Shown here piece by piece: positions 49,749-59,857 of a stretch of 64,000 nt of DNA (the stretch's first letter is position 1; each line of letters begins with the position of its first letter). The stretch is taken from assembly GCA_030602565.1 (NCBI GenBank), contig JAUVZL010000003.1, positions 4,160 to 68,159 of the forward strand, in the 5' to 3' direction. This DNA comes from Candidatus Stahliibacteriota bacterium (GTDB taxonomy: Bacteria; Hydrothermota; Tepidihabitantia; SM23-42). Position numbers and translations under genes: made by a program. The notes under the pieces are model-generated. The model was not told the DNA's origin and made no database searches. It saw nothing but the letters and a program-made list of their open reading frames with translations.

Positions 49749-49943
49749 GGCTACCCCTAACTTTCATAAATAAAACTATCAAATTAAACGTCCCCGCCTG
49801 TGTCGTGTGGGCAAAAGTCTCTGAACCCAGGTTAAAGGTGGGAGCCTGTCGACTACGAGAAATTCCCATAGCCGAACCGAGCTCCCTACAGATGGGTGTT
49901 GGCTCAAGACTAAATACCCATCACGAGCACGGCAGAGAACGAA

Positions 49944-50231
49944 TTAAGGAACAGCTTCGTCCAGTTTCAGGATTAGTGATCTAATCCTTTCTTCTGTTTC
50001 GCTAATCTTCTTTGTCTGCTGATCCTCACGCTGCAGAAAGTCATCCACCAAATTCAAACAAGCCAAAACAGCGATTTTCGTTGTTGATGGCAGAGGAAAC
50101 TCGCGGTGGATTTCTTTCATCTTACTATCCACTATTTCAGCAACTTCCTTTATTCGTTCAGGGTTCAAATCGTCAGAAATGACTCGATAATCATTTCCAA
50201 AGATTGTTACGACAACCTCCGTTTTTTTCAA
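49944..50231 (-). CDS. zapA: Cell division protein ZapA
   Basis: VVVTIFGNDYRVISDD...IAVLACLNLVDDF pattern; apparent TTG start. Confidence 0.7.
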   Translation of the reverse strand: MKKTEVVVTIFGNDYRVISDDLNPERIKEVAEIVDSKMKEIHREFPLPSTTKIAVLACLNLVDDFLQREDQQTKKISETEERIRSLILKLDEAVP

Positions 50232-50240
50232 AATATCCCC

Positions 50241-50417
50241 TTAAATGAGAAGGTTGTCGATTTTTCCAATCAACAGATCAACCTTCTCTTTTATTTGCTG
50301 ATCGCAAGACCTAAGCTGGTTATTTTTTTTCTCAAAATCTTCAACCTTTTGCTTAAGTTCGTTAATTAAAGAAATTAGTGTATCTAATTTCTCTTCAAGT
50401 TTGCTTAACTCGTCCAA
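50241..50417 (-). CDS. Small coiled-coil protein (58 aa, TTG start, AGGAGT RBS), ZapB-like, missed by the ORF track
   Basis: LDELSKLEEKLDTLISLINELKQKVEDFEKKNNQL...; ends 10 nt before zapA. Confidence 0.45.
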   Translation of the reverse strand: MDELSKLEEKLDTLISLINELKQKVEDFEKKNNQLRSCDQQIKEKVDLLIGKIDNLLI

Positions 50418-50419
50418 TC

Positions 50420-52738
50420 TTACTCCTTTTTTCGCAATCTGGCGGCAAATTTTTCAGCGACGTCGTTTTCGATCTTACTAATGAAACTATCGACTTCTTT
50501 ATCAGTGAGTGTTCGATCTGGTGATCTAAAATAGAGGCGAAAACCAAGGTTCTTTTTGTCTGAAGGTAGATTCTTGCCCTTGTAATAGTCGAAAAGAATG
50601 ACTCTTTCCAGAATGGGACCGCCAACTTTTGTAATCAAGTTGAAAATGTCTGGCACCTCAATATGTTCGTCGACCAAGAATGAAAGATCGCGGATACTGG
50701 CGGGAAATTTGGCTGGTGGTATATAGAATGGTTCTGAGATGTGGGGTAATAGTCTGTCCCAGGATAGTTCAATATAATAATAGAGTTCCTTGCACAGTTT
50801 GTTATCTATGCAGCCAATATAGCCCAGTTTTTTACCCGATAAGATGATATTAACCGCCTGACTGAATCCGTGTTTTTCGGTTGTTTTAAAGTGAGCTTTC
50901 TTTATATGGAGTAGATCGAAGATACTTTCCACTACACCTTTTGCGTCAAAGTAATCCATCGATTTATTGTTTTGGTCCCACGAATCCGGATACTGCTCAC
51001 CACCGAGAACAATGCCTATTTTCTTTTCCTGAAAGGGTGCATCGATGAGCAGAATATTTCCGATTTCGAATAGTTTCAGGGACCTATTTCCCTTTGATAG
51101 ATTGTAATTTACGCAGTCTAAGAGACCTAAAAAGAGCGTTGGTCTGAGTGCATTAAAACGCTCGTTTAAAGGATTTTGTATTCTTACAAATTTCTTGAAT
51201 CCGAAATCCGAAAGCCTTTCACTGGCGGTTAAAGATAAGTTATAAGTTTCGCTGAAACCTTGACCTATCAGGTGGTTACGTATTGCTTTTTCATGTACAC
51301 GGTCTTTGTTTATTGTTATACGCCCTCCCCATCTTTGAGGTGTTATTTCGGGGATCTGCATATAACCATAAATCCTTGCAACCTCTTCATAGATGTCTTC
51401 TTCAATCTTCAGATCGCGGCGATAATGCGGTACCTTTGCAACAAGTGTCTTATCACCAGTTGCCAATATTCCGGTTTTTTTAAGAATAGTTTTTATTTGT
51501 CGAGCCGTTAAATCAGTCGATAATATCTTGTTCAATCGATCGGTTGTAAAGTTGATACTTATGGTTTTGCCTTTCTTGCCTTCACTGACAAAGTCTTTTT
51601 CGCGCGCACCAGCATATTTTGTGAATAACTCACCGGTAATCAATGATGTGCTATCGACTATTGCAATATCTGCACCACGTTCAAACCGGGTTGATGCTTC
51701 AGTTAGTAGTCCAAGACGTCTTGATGTGTGAGCAATGCGTTTCGGATCAAAATAGGCACTTTCCAGAAGAACTCTTTTTGTTGAGTTTGAGATATGAACA
51801 CGTTGTGCTCCGATAATGCCAGCAAGAGCAACAGCGCCTTGATTGTCAGCGATGACACAGTCGTTTTTGCTCAATTTCAATTCAGTGCCTTCCAACGTGA
51901 TGAATTTCTCGTCGGTTCGCGCTTTTCGTACAATAATATGATCCTTTAGTAGATCAAAGTCAAATGGATGCAGAGGTTGGCCAGTCAGCAACATGATGAT
52001 ATTTGTTATATCAACGATGTTATTAACTGGGTTCATTCCTAAACAATGCAGACGCCACTTTATCCAGAAAGGCGATTCTTTGATCGATATATTATCGAAA
52101 ATCCGGGCGGTATATCTCGGGCAACCTTGGAGGTCTTTGAGTTTTATCCTAAACCGGCCGGTTCGATTTACTTGTTTTAAAATTGGTGATTGAGATGCAG
52201 CTTTTCGAATATCTAAACCAGTTCCTATTTCACGTGCAATACCCTCAATAGAAAGCCAATCCGGACGATTTGGCGTACTGCTCATATCCAGGACCAAGTC
52301 ATCAAAGAAGTTCTTGAACAGGGTACCTGGTTTACCTTTTTCCAAAGTGATAACCCCAACAGATTTCTCGGCCAATCCTAATTCTTCTTCGCTAATCAAA
52401 ACACCATGCGATTCGACGCCGGCAAAATTCTTCTCCACTATTTTCTGACCATTAAAGGTCTTGCCAGCTGGAACAAGCAGGACATTATCACCGGCCCCAA
52501 GATTTTTCGCGGCCGTTACAATTCTAAAGTCACGGTTGGTCTTTACTTGCAAAATACTCAAATTCTTGAGTTTGGGATGTGGAGCAATTGAGCTAACTCT
52601 TCCAATGATAACATGTTTAGGTGCGAGGCTTTTTTCCTCTTCAACCTCAAGCCCTAAATCCAGGGAACATCGTTTAATATCCTCTGGATTTAATTGTGTT
52701 CCAGTAAGTTCTTCAAGCCATTTCACTGTAACTAGCAT
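50420..52738 (-). CDS. pheT: Phenylalanine--tRNA ligase beta subunit
   Basis: 772 aa with tRNA-binding, B3/B4, B5 and FDX-ACB-like regions; adjacent to pheS. Confidence 0.9.
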   Translation of the reverse strand: MLVTVKWLEELTGTQLNPEDIKRCSLDLGLEVEEEKSLAPKHVIIGRVSSIAPHPKLKNLSILQVKTNRDFRIVTAAKNLGAGDNVLLVPAGKTFNGQKIVEKNFAGVESHGVLISEEELGLAEKSVGVITLEKGKPGTLFKNFFDDLVLDMSSTPNRPDWLSIEGIAREIGTGLDIRKAASQSPILKQVNRTGRFRIKLKDLQGCPRYTARIFDNISIKESPFWIKWRLHCLGMNPVNNIVDITNIIMLLTGQPLHPFDFDLLKDHIIVRKARTDEKFITLEGTELKLSKNDCVIADNQGAVALAGIIGAQRVHISNSTKRVLLESAYFDPKRIAHTSRRLGLLTEASTRFERGADIAIVDSTSLITGELFTKYAGAREKDFVSEGKKGKTISINFTTDRLNKILSTDLTARQIKTILKKTGILATGDKTLVAKVPHYRRDLKIEEDIYEEVARIYGYMQIPEITPQRWGGRITINKDRVHEKAIRNHLIGQGFSETYNLSLTASERLSDFGFKKFVRIQNPLNERFNALRPTLFLGLLDCVNYNLSKGNRSLKLFEIGNILLIDAPFQEKKIGIVLGGEQYPDSWDQNNKSMDYFDAKGVVESIFDLLHIKKAHFKTTEKHGFSQAVNIILSGKKLGYIGCIDNKLCKELYYYIELSWDRLLPHISEPFYIPPAKFPASIRDLSFLVDEHIEVPDIFNLITKVGGPILERVILFDYYKGKNLPSDKKNLGFRLYFRSPDRTLTDKEVDSFISKIENDVAEKFAARLRKKE

Positions 52739-52853
52739 TTAACCCCGCTGTGCGACGTGGTCGCATCGATGGCAGTGATTAAAAGCCGATTACGGTGATG
52801 AGTAATCGGTGTTGTCTTTTTTAGCATCTTTGTAATCACATTAACGAAGTTAA

Positions 52854-53855
52854 TCAAAATTGCTCCAAAAATCTAATATCATTGTTAAAAAATACTCTTA
52901 TATCGTCAATAACATATTTTATCATTGCGACTCTTTCAATACCTATACCCAATGCATATCCTGAATACTCTTTTGTTGATATCTTGACATTTTTTAGAAC
53001 CTGAGGATGGACCATACCACATCCTCCGAGCTCAAGCCATCCACTATTGCCACATACTGAACAGCCTGAACCACCACAAACCGCACAGCTGATAACCAAT
53101 TCACCAGAGGGTTCAGTAAAAGGGAAGAATGACGGTCTTAGTAGATATTTTGTCTTAGGACCGAAGAGGAATTTCACGAATTTACTTAATAACCATTTCA
53201 GTTCACCAAAAGACACACCTTTGTCCACGTACAAAGCCTCGATTTGATGGAAGACAGGTGCGTGGCTTGCATCAAATGCATCATATCTGTAGCATCTTCC
53301 TGGACACATTATTTTGATTGGAGGCTTTTGATTCTCCATTACCCTTATTTGTACTGGTGAAGTATGACTGCGTAGAAGGAGGTCATCCTTGATATAAAAG
53401 CTCGAAAACATATCACGTGCTGGATGGTCTCGTGGCATATTTAGTGCCTTGAAGTTATACCAGTCATATTCTATTTCTGGACCAGTGGCAATGGAAAAAC
53501 CGAAATTAGTGAAGAACATTATCAGCTCATCAAAGATTTTGGAAAGCGGATGGATATGTCCAATATAAGGCTTTTTGCCGGGTAAGAGAAGGTCTATCTT
53601 TTCTTTGTCTTTGGGTTGAAACTTCTGTAACCGCGCCTTTAAAGCCTGATTGATGTCTTGCTTTAGTTGGTTGATTTTATTGCCGTAGGTCCTCTTTTGC
53701 TCAACTGGAAGTTGCGCAATATCTTTGAAAAGTTTGTTTATTTCACCTTTTCGACCCAGGTACTTTATTCTCAAACTTTCTAATGCATCTTTGTCTCTTG
53801 TTTTTTCGAACAAGGCTTGTATTTGCTTCCGTAGTATTCTGAGTCGTTCTTCCAT
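52854..53855 (-). CDS. pheS: Phenylalanine--tRNA ligase alpha subunit
   Basis: Class II aaRS motifs (FFPFTEPS, GLGIERVAM). Confidence 0.9.
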   Translation of the reverse strand: MEERLRILRKQIQALFEKTRDKDALESLRIKYLGRKGEINKLFKDIAQLPVEQKRTYGNKINQLKQDINQALKARLQKFQPKDKEKIDLLLPGKKPYIGHIHPLSKIFDELIMFFTNFGFSIATGPEIEYDWYNFKALNMPRDHPARDMFSSFYIKDDLLLRSHTSPVQIRVMENQKPPIKIMCPGRCYRYDAFDASHAPVFHQIEALYVDKGVSFGELKWLLSKFVKFLFGPKTKYLLRPSFFPFTEPSGELVISCAVCGGSGCSVCGNSGWLELGGCGMVHPQVLKNVKISTKEYSGYALGIGIERVAMIKYVIDDIRVFFNNDIRFLEQF

Positions 53856-53873
53856 GGATACCTCTACCGGTTA

Positions 53874-54221
53874 TTAGCTCTTGCACAGTTGGACAAGATT
53901 ATTGAACTCATCCGGATACTCATATGCAAGAGCAGCCAAAGTCTTTCTATTCAGTTCAATATCGTGTTTTTTCAGGGCGTGGATAAACTGTGAGTATTTC
54001 ATATCCTGATCTTGCAAAGCAGCATTGATTCGGATGATCCAGAGGGCGCGAAAAACCCTTTTTTTCCGCTTTCTTTCCCGGTAAGCTGAAACCCATGCTT
54101 TCATAACTGCCACTCGAGCAGTCTTATACAGCTTGTGTTTTGCTCCCCAGTACCCCTTTGCCGCCTTCAGCCACTTTTTCCGCCTCTTTCTTGTATACGG
54201 TACATTTCTAGTTCTAGGCAT
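53874..54221 (-). CDS. rplT: 50S ribosomal protein L20
   Basis: MPRTRNVPYTRKRRKKWLKAAKGYWG. Confidence 0.9.
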   Translation of the reverse strand: MPRTRNVPYTRKRRKKWLKAAKGYWGAKHKLYKTARVAVMKAWVSAYRERKRKKRVFRALWIIRINAALQDQDMKYSQFIHALKKHDIELNRKTLAALAYEYPDEFNNLVQLCKS

Positions 54222-54275
54222 TGTAATATCTCCTTTGTCAAATTATAATCATTTTACAAATTTTGTCAACGGTTG

Positions 54276-54464
54276 CTAAATTATGCCTTTTACCCGCTTT
54301 TTGTCACCTTTTGCCAGCGTGGTTGATTGGCGAAGTCTCCTTTTTCTTTTTTTTGATTTTGAGGTGAGTAGATGACCTTTGCCAGCTCTCCTCCTTGAAA
54401 TCTCCCCACTTTTTCTCTTTTTTACCCTTTTTGCTAAACCTCTCTTTGTTTTCTGCTTAGCCAT
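54276..54464 (-). CDS. rpmI: 50S ribosomal protein L35
   Basis: MAKQKTKRGLAKRVKKRKSGE...; start taken at the internal Met. Confidence 0.8.
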   Translation of the reverse strand: MAKQKTKRGLAKRVKKRKSGEISRRRAGKGHLLTSKSKKRKRRLRQSTTLAKGDKKRVKGII

Positions 54465-54468
54465 TAGC

Positions 54469-54993
54469 TCATCTCCTTTTCTTTTCAGCAAGAAATGTAA
54501 GGTGTAGTATATTATGCTCTTGTTTTGGTGGTTTTTCCACTTTGCCTAATCCCTCAACGTCAACTATTACTCTTTCCAGCACTTTTCTTCCCAAATCAGA
54601 ATGCAGCATCTCTCGGCCACGTAGACGTAGAGTTACCTTGACTTTATCACCATCTTCAAGCAATTCCTTTATTTTTCCTAACTTAACCTGATAATCGTGT
54701 TCACTAATCTTTAAAGACATTCTCATACCTCGAACTGCGGTTCGATGTTGATGCTTACGTGCTGCTCGTTCTTGTCGCTTTTTCTCATATAAATATTTGC
54801 CAAAATCCAACAATTTACAGACTGGAGGTCTGGCATTTGGTGCGACTTCAACAAGGTCTAATTTCTTTTCTTGAGCCATACGCATGGCTTCTCTTATATT
54901 AAACTCACCCAGCACTTCACCATCAGCATTTATCAACTTAACTATCTGAGCCCTTATTCTTCTATTTACTCTTGGAATTTGTTTGATCGTCAC
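54469..54993 (-). CDS. infC: Translation initiation factor IF-3
   Basis: RVNRRIRAQIVKLINADGEVLG...; the true start may be a downstream non-ATG codon (overlaps the thrS end). Confidence 0.8.
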   Translation of the reverse strand: MTIKQIPRVNRRIRAQIVKLINADGEVLGEFNIREAMRMAQEKKLDLVEVAPNARPPVCKLLDFGKYLYEKKRQERAARKHQHRTAVRGMRMSLKISEHDYQVKLGKIKELLEDGDKVKVTLRLRGREMLHSDLGRKVLERVIVDVEGLGKVEKPPKQEHNILHLTFLAEKKRR

Positions 54994-56881
54994 CTCCTAG
55001 TTCTGTTTTTGTGATATTCAAAAAATCCTTTAATTTCATTACACCAATATCTCCCTTACCATGTTTTCTTACTGAAACAGTATTGTTCTCAACTTCCCGT
55101 TTACCAACAATTATGATATATGGGACTTTCTGCACTTCAGCTTCTCGAATTCGATAATTTATTTTCTCGGATTTATCGTTCAATTCTACCCTTAACTTTC
55201 GTTTCAGCAATCTTTTTAGCACTTTATCCGCGTACTTACTCTGTTTGCTGGTAATAGACATAACGACAATCTGGACTGGTGATAACCACAAGGGAAAAGC
55301 GCCCTTGTAATGTTCAATGAGACAACCAATGAACCGCTCTAACGAGCCATATATAGCCCGGTGAATAGCAACGACTTCTTTATGCTGACCATCTCTGTCC
55401 ATGTATTCGATTTTGAAGCGTTTGGGCAGATTGAAATCGAATTGAATTGTTGTGGCTTGCCACTCCCGGCCGAGTGCATCAAGCAATTTTATATCAATTT
55501 TTGGTCCATAGAATACTGCTTCACCTTCTTCTTTTGTATAGTCCAGGCGCATTTTGTTCAATGCTTTGATAAGCCCTTGTTCAGCACGCTCCCATTTCTC
55601 ATCACTGCCTAAGTATTTTTCTTTATCATGCTGCCCACGTACTGAAAGGTCGATCTTGTAATGGTTAAAGCCGAATTTCTTCAGGATTTTTAAGGTCAGT
55701 TTCAAAACTTCACAGAGTTCTTCCACGATCTGATTTGGCTGACAGAAGATATGCCCATCATCAATGGTAATCCCTCGTACGCGCAAAAGGCCATGGAGGG
55801 TTCCTGAAAGCTCATTTCTGTAGACTTGACCCAGTTCTGCGTACTTGAGTGGTAAATCCTTATAGCTTCTTACCTTTGATTTGTATATTAAGATATGCCC
55901 AGGGCAATTCATCGGTTTGAGGATATAATCTTCGTTTTCCAAAGGTAGGATAAACATATGCTCGCGATAGAAGTCGTAGTGGCCTGATTGATGCCAGAGA
56001 TGGGCACGTGCGATATGGGGCGTGGAGACTATTTGATAACCTGCATCAATATGTTCCTGTAGCCAATATTCTTCGATGAGCCTTTTAAGCAATGCTCCTT
56101 TAGGGTGCCAGTAGACCAAACCTGAGCCAGCCTCTTCAAAAATCGAGTAGAGTTCCAATTCCGTACCTAGTTTGCGATGGTCACGTTGCTTAGCTTCTTC
56201 AAGTCTCTTAAGGTAATCGTTTAACTCTTTTTTGTCTGGGAATGCAATTCCGTAGATTCTTGAAAGCATTGGTTGGTCGACATCGCCCCGCCAATAAGCA
56301 CCGGCAATACTCAGTAGTTTGAATGCCTTAATATAGCCAGTGCTTGGAATATGAGGACCAAGGCACAGGTCAATAAAGTCATTATTTCGGTAAAGACTGA
56401 CATCTGGGGCAGGAATATCCTTGACTAACTCAACTTTATATGGTTCTTCTCTTCTATTGAAGAATTCGATCACTGCCTCTTTTTTCATGGTAATGCGCTC
56501 AAAAGGTATGTCTTGGGTGACTATTTCAACCATTTTTTTCTCAATCTTTCCGAGATTTTCTGGAGAAAAAGGCTTTTTAGTATCAAAATCATAATAAAAA
56601 CCTTGATCGATTGCTGGTCCGATGGCGTATTTTGCCTTTGGAAACAATGATTTGACCGCCATTGCCATGACATGGGAGGCAGAATGCCAGTAGATCTTCT
56701 TGCCAATATCTGATGAGAAATCAATGAGTTCGAGCTCACAATCACTGGTAATTTCCTTTGAGAGGTCACAAAGTTCACCATTCATCAGTGCTGCAATAGC
56801 CTTCTTGTCTTTGACAAAATCCCTGATGCGCGAGCCTTTTTCGACCTTAAATTTCTTCCTATTCAGCTTGACTTTAACCAT
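54962..56881 (-). CDS. thrS: Threonine--tRNA ligase
   Basis: TGS domain, class II catalytic core, anticodon-binding domain; 639 aa. Confidence 0.9.
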   Translation of the reverse strand: MVKVKLNRKKFKVEKGSRIRDFVKDKKAIAALMNGELCDLSKEITSDCELELIDFSSDIGKKIYWHSASHVMAMAVKSLFPKAKYAIGPAIDQGFYYDFDTKKPFSPENLGKIEKKMVEIVTQDIPFERITMKKEAVIEFFNRREEPYKVELVKDIPAPDVSLYRNNDFIDLCLGPHIPSTGYIKAFKLLSIAGAYWRGDVDQPMLSRIYGIAFPDKKELNDYLKRLEEAKQRDHRKLGTELELYSIFEEAGSGLVYWHPKGALLKRLIEEYWLQEHIDAGYQIVSTPHIARAHLWHQSGHYDFYREHMFILPLENEDYILKPMNCPGHILIYKSKVRSYKDLPLKYAELGQVYRNELSGTLHGLLRVRGITIDDGHIFCQPNQIVEELCEVLKLTLKILKKFGFNHYKIDLSVRGQHDKEKYLGSDEKWERAEQGLIKALNKMRLDYTKEEGEAVFYGPKIDIKLLDALGREWQATTIQFDFNLPKRFKIEYMDRDGQHKEVVAIHRAIYGSLERFIGCLIEHYKGAFPLWLSPVQIVVMSITSKQSKYADKVLKRLLKRKLRVELNDKSEKINYRIREAEVQKVPYIIIVGKREVENNTVSVRKHGKGDIGVMKLKDFLNITKTELGGDDQTNSKSK

Positions 56882-56887
56882 GTGACA

Positions 56888-56915
56888 ATTATAGATTATT
56901 TTTCTAATTTGTCAA
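56888..56915 (-). promoter_or_regulatory. Consensus promoter TTGACA-16 nt-TATAAT whose -10 ends 6 nt before the thrS ATG (leaderless transcript predicted)
   Basis: Perfect hexamers on the minus strand at 56910-56915 and 56888-56893. Confidence 0.5.
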
Positions 56916-57150
56916 GAGTAAGACAGGAGAGCTCTGAAAAAGTATTCATCGCTCTCTTGACTTCCAGTCCTCATTAATTATAATCACTTGTGGATTACAT
57001 TAAATATACGTTTATCGCTCTTATTGGCTGGGGATTTTGGGCAATTGGTAGTAAAATGATGACCCGCCATTTCAACACCTCAAGTACGTCATTTTGGATA
57101 TCCCTGTCAGGGATTATTTTTGCTGTCCTGGCGACTATTTTTCTATCTTT

Positions 57151-58305
57151 ATGAAAGTAATAATTTACGAAGACAACTTTGAGCAGTTTCAGCCGTTGAT
57201 CAATTTATATCCACAATTTTTCCTGCGGGTGGGCATGAAAACAATCAGCGAAAACACAGCATACTTTTTCAAGCGAGCGGAAATAAGTTATATAACACGT
57301 AAACTGTTTAACAACAAAAAAAATGGGATTACTGGTCCAGCCCTGTATATTTCAGCCCGAGCCATAATTAGCAAGCGTATTACCTTTCTTAGTAAAGACA
57401 CGAAATTCTTGATTGATTCCCAACCGATTGGTTTTTTCAAACAAAAACCACCTTTCCCAAAAAACTTAAAGGAAATCAAAAAAACTCTTAAAGAAATAAA
57501 AACGACGCGGGAAATAGATGGTTTTCTCGTGGATAAATTGTGGGATTTGATAAAACTAAATAGTGTTATTCTCACCCATCAGTTCGAATGCGTAAAAGCA
57601 AAACATGAAATCCCCAAACATATCTATATAATTGGCCAAAAAAGCAAGGTGTTCATTGCGCAAAAAGCTCATATCCATAAGCTTGTTACTATTGACGTTT
57701 CCAGGGGTCCTGTATACATCGATGACGACGTCATAATCAGACCTTTTTCATTTATCGCAGGTCCTTCGTATATCGGTCCTGGTTCAATCATTGATCGCGC
57801 AAAGATTATAGAATCGAGCATCGGTCCATCATGTCGTATTGGTGGCGAAGTTGAGTCCTGCATATTTCAGGGTTACAGCAATAAGTATCACGAAGGGTTT
57901 ATCGGGCATTCATTCATCGGAGAATGGGTGAATTTGGGTGCTTTGACAACAAATTCTGACCTCAAAAACAATTATGGTTCAGTACGTACCAGGATAGGTA
58001 CGAAAGAACTCGATTCAGGGATGATAAAATTAGGATGTTTTATTGGTGATCATACAAAAATAGGTATTGGAACCTTAATTCCCACCGGTGCAGTAATTAG
58101 TAGTTTTGTAAACTTTTTTGGCGGTGGGATGATGCCGGGATTTATTCCCGGCTTTAAATGGTTGACTGCAGAAAAACAAGAGGATTATAAGCTTGAAAAG
58201 GCAATAACTACGGCAAAGATAGTAATGAAGAGAAGAAATATAAAGATGTCAAAACAGTATGAAGACTTAATCAGAATGAATTATAAATGGCGAAATTTGT
58301 TGTAG
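57151..58305 (+). CDS. Putative sugar nucleotidyltransferase with a C-terminal left-handed beta-helix (hexapeptide repeat) domain
   Basis: MKVIIYEDN start; hexapeptide-like repeats (GEWVNLGALT, GDHTKIGIGT); the track start at 57094 is probably too far upstream. Confidence 0.5.
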   Translation: MKVIIYEDNFEQFQPLINLYPQFFLRVGMKTISENTAYFFKRAEISYITRKLFNNKKNGITGPALYISARAIISKRITFLSKDTKFLIDSQPIGFFKQKPPFPKNLKEIKKTLKEIKTTREIDGFLVDKLWDLIKLNSVILTHQFECVKAKHEIPKHIYIIGQKSKVFIAQKAHIHKLVTIDVSRGPVYIDDDVIIRPFSFIAGPSYIGPGSIIDRAKIIESSIGPSCRIGGEVESCIFQGYSNKYHEGFIGHSFIGEWVNLGALTTNSDLKNNYGSVRTRIGTKELDSGMIKLGCFIGDHTKIGIGTLIPTGAVISSFVNFFGGGMMPGFIPGFKWLTAEKQEDYKLEKAITTAKIVMKRRNIKMSKQYEDLIRMNYKWRNLL

Positions 58306-58973
58306 CAATTGACGGTGGTGCAGGATCAGGTAAGAGTACAACAGCAAAAGCAATTGCTGAAAGATTAAATTTTTTCTATCTCGATACTGGTGCAATGTAT
58401 CGTGCAGCTACATTAAAATATTTACAGTGCCGGGGTAGTACAGATAATATTGACAGGGCACTCGTAAGAGAAATCATAAGGCAGACAAGGATCGACCTGC
58501 GACAGCAGAATTCTGAAAACCATGTGTTTCTGGATAACAAGGATGTTACACTTGAAATTAGAACTACACCAGTGAATAATTTCGTTTCGCCGATTTCTGC
58601 TCTTCCTGAAATACGTGAGTGGATGGTGGAAAAACAACGAGAGGTTGCTGAGGGTAAAAATGTCGTGTGTGAGGGTAGGGATATTGGAACTGTTGTATTC
58701 CCTGATGCACAGGTGAAGATTTACATGCAGGCTGATTTAAAAATGAGAGCACAGAGGAGGCAGAAGGAATTAGACGTGAAGAACATAAAGGCAGATTTAG
58801 ATAAAGTTATAGAAAACCTGAAATTCCGGGACAAGTATGATTCAAGCCGCGAGCATTCACCATTAAAAAAAGCCGCGGATGCTATTGTTGTTGACACAAC
58901 AAATATCACCATTGAGCAAGAAGTCGATCTTGTTGAGAAAATAGTACGGGAGAGGTTAGACAAAAATACCTAA
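58287..58973 (+). CDS. cmk: Cytidylate kinase
   Basis: IDGGAGSGKST P-loop and Cmk-like layout. Confidence 0.9.
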   Translation: MAKFVVAIDGGAGSGKSTTAKAIAERLNFFYLDTGAMYRAATLKYLQCRGSTDNIDRALVREIIRQTRIDLRQQNSENHVFLDNKDVTLEIRTTPVNNFVSPISALPEIREWMVEKQREVAEGKNVVCEGRDIGTVVFPDAQVKIYMQADLKMRAQRRQKELDVKNIKADLDKVIENLKFRDKYDSSREHSPLKKAADAIVVDTTNITIEQEVDLVEKIVRERLDKNT

Positions 58974-59208
58974 AATACCCATACCAATATACTCCTACAC
59001 CACCACATCGTTGAGGATTCATTGCAAATTTTCTACAAAATCGAAGTTCAAATTAACCATTAAAAGACCTAAAAAATATCCAATAGGTTATCCGACAAAC
59101 CTAAAACTCTTGGTGAAAAGATAAGAAAGCACAGAATGGATAATGGATTGTATCAGAAGGATTTTGCTAAATTTGTAGGTGTTGCGAAAATCAATAATAT
59201 AACAAAAA

Positions 59209-59278
59209 TTGGGGTATTGACATCTGGTGTCGAGGGTCATAAAAATTCCCCAGTGGTAGGGTCATAATATTCCCCACC
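59209..59278. mobile_element. IS21-family terminal region with direct-repeat subterminal sites (GGGTCATAAaAATTCCCCA x2)
   Basis: Directly below the istB fragment; also truncates a plus-strand HTH_XRE start (LGEKIRKHRMDNGLYQKDFAKFVGVA). Confidence 0.5.
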
Positions 59279-59287
59279 CCTTTTTAA

Positions 59288-59599
59288 TTACTTCCGTTTC
59301 TCATCATACCCCTTTTTTACTACTGTGTCAAGCGATCGATTACGCACCGAAGACCGTTCCTTACGATACGATTTTCCTTTTGTCACAATAATTTTATGAG
59401 CCCCAGAAACCAGACGATCCAAAATAGCACCACCCATCACCATATCAGGAAAGATATTAATCCAATCCTGGGGCGGGCGGTTCGAGGTCACAATCGTTGA
59501 GCCATTCCCTAAACGTTCGTCAACCAATGTATAAAACAGCTCCGCCTCTTTCGTCTCTAAACGCCGAAATCCAAAATCATCAAGAATTAGTAAATCCAT
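59288..59599 (-). pseudogene. IS21-family IstB helper ATPase, C-terminal about-100-aa fragment
   Basis: LLILDDFGFRRL...LFYTLVDERLGNGSTIVTSNRPPQDW...AILDRLVSGAHKI matches the IstB C-terminal half; no istA or istB N-terminus. Confidence 0.7.
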
Positions 59600-59857
59600 T
59601 TTTACACAAAGAGGTATCTTGACATGAGTAAAATTCCTAATAAAATATATTATAAGTTAATAAATCCTAATGGTGAAGTTATTGCCGGCTAAGCTGCCTT
59701 GAGGGAGTGAAATAATTCCAATCCCTCAAGGTGCAATTGGATTGAGGAGTATTTCATGGCTAAGTCTATACTACTAATCATAGCCATGATTTGATGTAAA
59801 AAATGATGTTTATTTGTAAGATAAAGTGTAATAAACAAGAGTAGTAAGGAGGAAAAG

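Noticed and set aside
49749-49943. Structured rny-upstream region as tmRNA, RNase P RNA or SRP RNA
   Set aside because: It lacks the tRNA-like ends and tag frame of tmRNA, the P4 AGGAAAGUCCGGGCUCC core of RNase P, and the SRP domain IV motif. It is retained only as an unclassified structured element.
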